Below, in pieces: positions 58,000 to 64,000 of a DNA stretch of 64,000 nucleotides. The stretch's first letter is position 1. The number at the start of each line of letters is the position of its first letter. The notes below the pieces were generated by a model, which worked only from the letters and a program-made list of their open reading frames with translations, ran no database searches and was not told where the DNA came from. The position numbers and the translations under genes were made by a program. Source of the DNA: Octopus vulgaris (lineage: Eukaryota); assembly GCA_951406725.2 (NCBI GenBank), contig OX597830.1, forward strand, positions 8,866,001 to 8,930,000, read 5' to 3'.

Positions 58000-58227
58000 C
58001 TGTAATTGGAAGATACATTCACAGGAGTAGCTTTCACCTGGTCTATTCTGACACTCACTGGTTCATTTAAGGAACTGTATGCTGGAGGCGGGGGAGATGT
58101 CTCCTTAGAATGTCTACTATAGGGGGACAAATTGCCATCGTTTGTTTCACCCAGTCCTTCTACTTCTTCTTCCTCTTCCTCAAGTCCGTGAATGGATGAC
58201 TGGGGATTCCGAGAACCGATTTTGTCT
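58000..58227 (-). CDS. Gene 2 internal exon (acidic run, PPPPAY motif)
   Basis: Acceptor TTTTTCACTTGCAG|, donor CAG|GTGAGT, 228 nt, phase 2-2. Reads DKIGSRNPQSSIHGLEEEEEEVEG...KETSPPPPAYSSLNE...SSNY. The phase-1 frame has a stop, which favours this reading frame. Confidence 0.87.
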
Positions 58228-58326
58228 CTGCAAGTGAAAAATTGAACAGTCAGATCGACATTAATGTTTGTTACAGAAAGAAATGCTTCATTGCGTTATA
58301 TTGTTGCTTAGCCACAAGTCACATCT

Positions 58327-58549
58327 ATTTCTTTACTACCCACAAGGGGCCAAACACAGAGAGGACAAACAAGGACAGACAAATAGATTAAGTCGATTAT
58401 ATCGACCCCAGCGCGTAACTGGTACTTAATTTATCAACCCGAAAGGTTGAAAGGCAAAGTCGACCTCAGTGGAATTTGAACTCAGAACGTAACTGCAGAT
58501 AAAATACAGCTACGCATTTCGCCCGGCATGCTAACGTTTCTGCCAGCTC
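58327..58549 (-). mobile_element. SINE family A copy with a 16-bp TSD
   Basis: GCCACAAGTCACATCT at 58311-58326 and 58550-58565. Confidence 0.88.
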
Positions 58550-59099
58550 GCCACAAGTCACATCTGATCAATGCAGACCAATGATGAAAGACATTCCAAT
58601 TGTGGCATTCTAGTCCATCCAGTCTGGTCTGTCTAGGAATTCTAATAACTAATTTTGTCTTTACAAGTGAAAATTTAACAGTCAGGTCAATGTAGGTTTA
58701 TGTATATCATACCATTGTGTGGGCTGATATCCCTGCTGACCGGCTGCTGATATTAAATAAAATGATAAGGCAGTGAACTAGTAGAATTGTTCACACGTTG
58801 GGCAAAATGCTCTGTGGCATTTTGTCCTTATTTATGTTCTGAGTCCAGATTCTAATGAAGTTGACTTTCATCCTTTCAAGATCGTTAAAGTACCAGTTGA
58901 GCACTGGGTTCAATGTAATTGACTTACCCCACTCCTCCCCTCATAATTCCGGGCTTTGAGCCAAAATCTGAAACTGGTATCAAATATAGTGCTAAACACT
59001 TGTGGTATGCAAATCAGTAGCTCCATTTCTCTGCAACTACTGGAGTTGATGTCTATATAAACTGATTGTTTCTCTGGGATTAGTCAAATATATGTAGAT

Positions 59100-59142
59100 G
59101 CCTCTGATGAGAGTTCAACAAGGTTCAAAAATCGATTAAAGC
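59100..59142 (+). ncRNA. Decayed hammerhead in a gene 2 intron (antisense to the gene)
   Basis: GCCT-CTGATGA-GAGTT..GGTTC-AAAA(G12>A)-ATCGAT-TA-AAGC. Confidence 0.35.
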
Positions 59143-59510
59143 TGTTCATAAATTTGTTTTTTTTTAGTCTACAGAGAAATAGGTAAGTTTGACACGCTTG
59201 TATGTCTACTATTAGGTCTACAGAAACTAATACTTCATCATGGTGTTATTTAGTCACAGATCAGTATTGACCTAGCAGATCAAAGATGTTCCATCTGTGG
59301 CCATTCCATCCATGCAGCCTTGTATGTCTATCTTTTATCGTTTACTTGTTTCAGTCATTGGACTGTGGTCAACATTTAGTGTTATGTAACCTAGTGTGAT
59401 TTGGCTGCTATGTTTAGCAGGTAAAGCAACCACAGAAATCATCCTGCATATGATGTGTGACTGTGAAATAATACAAAGGCAGAGAAGATGGTGGTGGTGG
59501 TGTTACTTAC

Positions 59511-59588
59511 CCACAGCTGCGACTCCTGGATTTGGCATAATGTTTTGATTTTGGAGAATGTTTGATTCGGAAAGGTTGGCTCTTTGTC
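59511..59588 (-). CDS. Gene 2 internal exon (TKSQPFRIKHSPKSKHYAKSRSRSCG)
   Basis: Acceptor TTTTCCGCAG|, donor GG|GTAAGT, 78 nt, phase 2-2. Confidence 0.82.
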
Positions 59589-60845
59589 CTGCGGAAAACA
59601 GTTGAGAGGAATAACAATTAGTTATCAAGGATTAAGAACTGAGGGATGTGTGTGAGTGGGGGTACCTAAATCGGTGGATGGGTTAGATATAGGGGTACAT
59701 GGATAGGTGGGTTAGGTCATGAACAACCATAATTGGGTGGATGGGTTAATTTTTAGGGTACTTGATTGGGTGAACGGGCAATGTAGTGAAATATGTTACT
59801 GGGTGGATGGATTAAGTACCAAGGTATAAAACTGGGTGGGTTAGATATTAGGGCATGACAGGTTGAGTGGTTAGGTACTGGGGTACCCGGTGAGGTGGGT
59901 GGGTTAGTAACTGAGGTACCTTGAATCTTAACCACATCTACCACAATTTTCCTATCTCAATAGTGTGCTAAATTTGTTTTGTCACTAGTTTTAACCATCC
60001 AATTGTCTACAAACATTAAAAAGACATTTATTTCTTTGTGATGGATATCAACAGCTTATCACAAAGGCCACAGTCTAACTACCTACCTATGGACCTGCAT
60101 ATTTATTTACTTAATTCGCTAGCTATTTACAACCGACCTACCAACAAATCAAGCACTGATAAGGTATATCTGGAGACAACATAAACTGTTAGTACTCACC
60201 ACCTCTATACTAGTACCCATTCTACAAATCTCCTAAACTAGTACTCACTACACTGCAACTCTTCACTAGAACCAAACAGGTACCCCTATACCAATACATA
60301 TATCCTTTGTATCAGCACCTAGAACAGACCAAGTTAACCCCCTATTCTAGAACCCCAAACAGGTACCCACATATCAATGCATAACACAAAACCCTTCTAA
60401 ACAACACTCAGAACAGATATGTCACAAAATCACCTGAAACAATTCAAGGTACCTGCTTTAGAAGTACCCAGGTGGATCTCTGTATCAATACCCAAGGTAG
60501 CTATCCACTACAGTAGTACCCATAACAGCCCAAAGTTACTTTATACTAATACCCAGGATATCCACTCAGGGTAGCAGTACCTGTTACAATCCAAAGTAAA
60601 CCCTATACCAATATGTGGGTCGCATTACCCATAACAGCTCAAGTAACCGCTATATCAATACTCAGGATATTCTACACCCAAAATGGTTGGCACCAAAACC
60701 ACCAAGACATTCTACTTACTCTACTTTTGTGTAAGGAATTTCCCTCAGTTGATCTTCAGGCCAATCTTCAGTCTCAATCAAGTTGTAGCTGCAATGAGAT
60801 TAAATAAAATTTATCAATATATACACACACACACATATATATGTG

Positions 60846-61177
60846 AAGGCGCATGGCTCAGTGGTTATAGCATTGAGCTTACGATTGTGATGTTGTGAGT
60901 TCGATTCCTGGACCGGATTGTGTGTTGTGTTCTTGAGCAAGACACTTTATTTCACGTTGCTCTAGTTAACTCAGCCGTAGAAATGAGTTGCGACATCACT
61001 GGTGCCAAGCTGTATCGGCCTTTGCCTTTCCTTGAATAACATCAGTGGTATAGAGCAGGGAGGCTGGTATGCATGGGCGAGTGCTGGTCTTCCACAAACA
61101 ACCTTGCCCGGACTTGTGCCTTGGAGGGTAACTTTCTAGGTGCAATCCCATGGTCATTCATGACTGAAGGGGGTCTC

Positions 61178-61178
<1 letters not shown>
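60846..61178 (+). mobile_element. tRNA-derived SINE, third family
   Basis: A box TGGCTCAGTGG, B box GTTCGATTCC, central TGTGTTCTTGAGCAAGACACTTTA block, TA tail. A related decayed copy lies at about 41235-41500 (-). Confidence 0.75.
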
Positions 61179-61227
<49 letters not shown>

Positions 61228-61598
61228 GAACCAACACACATATGACATATAGACACAGCAGAAATTCTTGGTACATACAAACACACATTTTCTTTTGGTC
61301 AGTCTCTTGCTACTCTGAGTTTCTTCGGTGGATGCCCAAGATCTTCAGGCAAGAAATAAAATATATTCCTTTCTACTCTAGGCACAAGGCCTGAAATTTT
61401 GTGGGAGAGCGCCAGTTGATTAGATCGCCTCCAGGACGCAACTGGTACTTATTTCATTGACCCCGAAAGGATTAAAGGCAAAGTCGGCCTTGGTAGAATT
61501 TGAACTTGGTGGGATTTGAACTCAGAACGTAAGGACAGCTGAAATATCGTTAAGCATTTCATCCAGTGTGCTAACGATTCTGCCAGCTCGCTGCCTTA

Positions 61599-61640
<42 letters not shown>

Positions 61641-62802
61641 CAACAACAAAGCAATAAAAACTTGCTGAACGTACACAAAATGGTTTTTTAGTTCTTCAGG
61701 AGGACGTCTGTTTGGAGATTTACTTCGTCTTCTGAAAAATAAAAAAAAAAACAGCAATAAAAATAAGAAACAACTATCCAAAAAATACTGATTTCAGATT
61801 TAGGCACAAGGCCAGCAATATCAGGGAAGGGGTAAGTCAATTATATCGACCCCAGCAATCAACTGGTACTTATTTTACTCGCCTCAAATGGATGAAAGGC
61901 AAAACTGATCTTTGTGGGATTTGAACTCAGATTGTAAGATGGAAAAAATACTGCTAAGCATTTTACAATGTCACACAACACACACATACAACATAAGTAC
62001 ATGCACACACATACACATGACACACACACCATAAAATGGCATTTAGACCGTGCCGGTGGCATGTAAAAAGCACCAACCAATCGTTGCTGTTGCCAGCCTC
62101 CCCTGGCACCTGTGCCACGTAAAAAGCACCCACTACACTCACGGAGTGGTTGGCATTAGGAAGGGCATCCAGCTGTAGAAACACTGCCAAATCAAGATTG
62201 GAGACTGGTGCAGCCTCCTGGCTTCCCAGACCCCGGTGAAACCATCCAACCCATGCTAGCATAGAAAACGGACGTTAAACAATGATGATGATGATGATAC
62301 ACACAATACACCAATATCACATGACACAAATACACACTCATACTTGGTGACTCTGCCAGTGCTGATGCCATGTAAAAAGCATCCAGTCTACACTGTAAAG
62401 TGGTTGGCATTTGGAAGGGCATCCAGTTGTAGGAACTGTGCCAAAACTGACCTCCCCTGTGCTGGTGCCACATAAAAAGCACTCAGTCCAGTCTACTGAG
62501 TGGTTGGTGTTAGGAAGGGCATCCAGCTGTAAAACTCCTGCCAAAACAGACACAGAGGTTTGGTGCAGGCTCCTACCTGGCTGGCCCCTGTCAAACCATC
62601 CCACCCATGCCAGCATGAGAGGTGGACATTAAACGATGATGATAGCCACTAATGTCACACAATGACTCAGATGTACATTCACACACACACACACACATAC
62701 ACACACACAACAGAGCTGATAATCTATAATGTCTCCAATACAAAACCAAACCACAGACATATCTGATTCTATTGCTAACAACCACAACAGTCCCCAACTC
62801 AC

Positions 62803-62889
62803 CGTCTTCTCCGTTTCTGGAGCCCATCAGCTGCAGCACCAACTCCACCACCGCCAACAGTTGTAGAAGAATGACTTGGAGAGACGGTA
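62803..62889 (-). CDS. Gene 2 internal exon (TVSPSHSSTTVGGGGVGAAADGLQKRRR)
   Basis: Acceptor TTTCTCTTTTAG|, donor CG|GTGAGT, 87 nt, phase 2-2. Confidence 0.8.
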
Positions 62890-62940
62890 CTAAAAGAGAA
62901 ATATAAACAGCTGTCATCATCAAATACACAGACATTACAA

Positions 62941-63162
62941 TATAAGGGGGTGCTGAAAAGTGCCTGGCTTTAAGGGTATTGTGAAAGGCCTGGTTGAAGG
63001 CCCAACCATCCAAGTCCTTTTACAGATCTTAGAAAAACTGAAGGACTGCTGCAAATAAGTGTGTGAATCTGAGAGGGGAATACATTGAATAAAATCATAA
63101 TTAACTGATCCTCCTCTATTTTCTTTTACCCAAAGCCAGGAACTTTTCAGCACCCCCTCATG
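62941..63162. mobile_element. Tc1/mariner-type MITE
   Basis: TIRs AGGGGGTGCTGAAAAGT(G/T)CCTGGCTTT. Related copies at about 7108-7298 and 51592-51805. Confidence 0.78.
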
Positions 63163-63794
63163 TATATATACTCTTTTACTTGTATCAGTCGTTTGACTGT
63201 GACCATGCTGGAGCACCGCCTTTTAGTCAAGCAAATCAACACCAGGACTTATTCTTTGTAAGCCTAGTACCTATTCTAAGTTACGGGGATGTAAACACAC
63301 CAGCATCGGTTGTCAAGCGATGTTGGGGGGGGGGGGACAAACACAGACACACAAACGCACATATATATAATATACATATATATACGATGGGCTTCTTTCA
63401 GTTTTCATCTGCAAAATCCACTCACAAGGCTTTGGTCAGCCCGAGGCTATAACACAAGACACTTGCCCGGAATCCGGAACCATGTAGTTGGTAAGCAAGC
63501 TTCTTACCACACAGCCACTCCTGCGCCTATATATATGTAACTAATATAGTACCTTTATAAACCAGGCTAATTCAGCTGTTTCTCCATAGATTGAAAAAAT
63601 GATGAACAACCTTGATTGGCTCCTCATTAGAGGCATCTACATTAATTTAGCCAGTCCCAGAGAGACAAGCAGCCAATCTATTTCTATACTCAACAATTAC
63701 AGCAACAACAGAAAAACTGGTGTTACTAATTTGCATACCATAAACACTTTTGTTTTAAATATCAAGGGCCAGTCTATAGGGACCTTAGTCCACA

Positions 63795-63851
<57 letters not shown>

Positions 63852-63962
63852 ACATATAAGGGATGGCTATAATAGGACATCCAACTCACTAGAAAGAGCA
63901 GCTAAACTCCAAACCACTAATAGTTGTAATTCTGAAATGGAAAGAGAAATAAAAACGTTTAC

Positions 63963-64000
63963 CCTCTCGTTTCTGGACTATGCATAGTTTCGGCAATCTT
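63963..64000 (-). CDS. Gene 2, probable exon truncated by the window edge (KIAETMHSPETRG)
   Basis: GG|GTAAAC donor. The frame is open and ends in phase 2, matching the next exon. The acceptor lies outside the window. Confidence 0.5.

Noticed and set aside
59511-62889. Second open frame (phase 1) through two exons of gene 2
   Set aside because: It hits a stop in the next exon (58000-58227), and short exons are often open by chance.

Overview
AT-rich, microsatellite-saturated eukaryotic DNA. The SINE families and simple-repeat load resemble an octopus (coleoid cephalopod) genome; this is an inference. Almost all ORFs in the supplied track are microsatellite or SINE artefacts. Two spliced minus-strand genes can be read directly from GT-AG junctions with consistent phases. 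(1) A complete 3-exon gene (35632->31896) encodes a 175-aa secreted protein with two peritrophin-A/CBM14-type chitin-binding domains. (2) The last 7-8 exons (>64000->50788) of a larger gene encode a long disordered Ser/Arg/His-rich tail with a PPxY motif, 14-aa His repeats and a C-terminal -TEL PDZ-type motif. The rest is SINEs, Penelope-like element (PLE) fragments, CR1, RTE and R4/Dong LINE fragments, a mariner, a hAT remnant and MITEs. The most striking unexplained structure is a set of about 12 minimal type I hammerhead-ribozyme motifs. Three intact copies sit in a near-perfect, ORF-less 536-bp tandem array (10074-11568) with the architecture of a retrozyme-like, potentially circular-RNA-producing element, and others form the core of fold-back palindromes. 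All calls were made by eye, without database searches.
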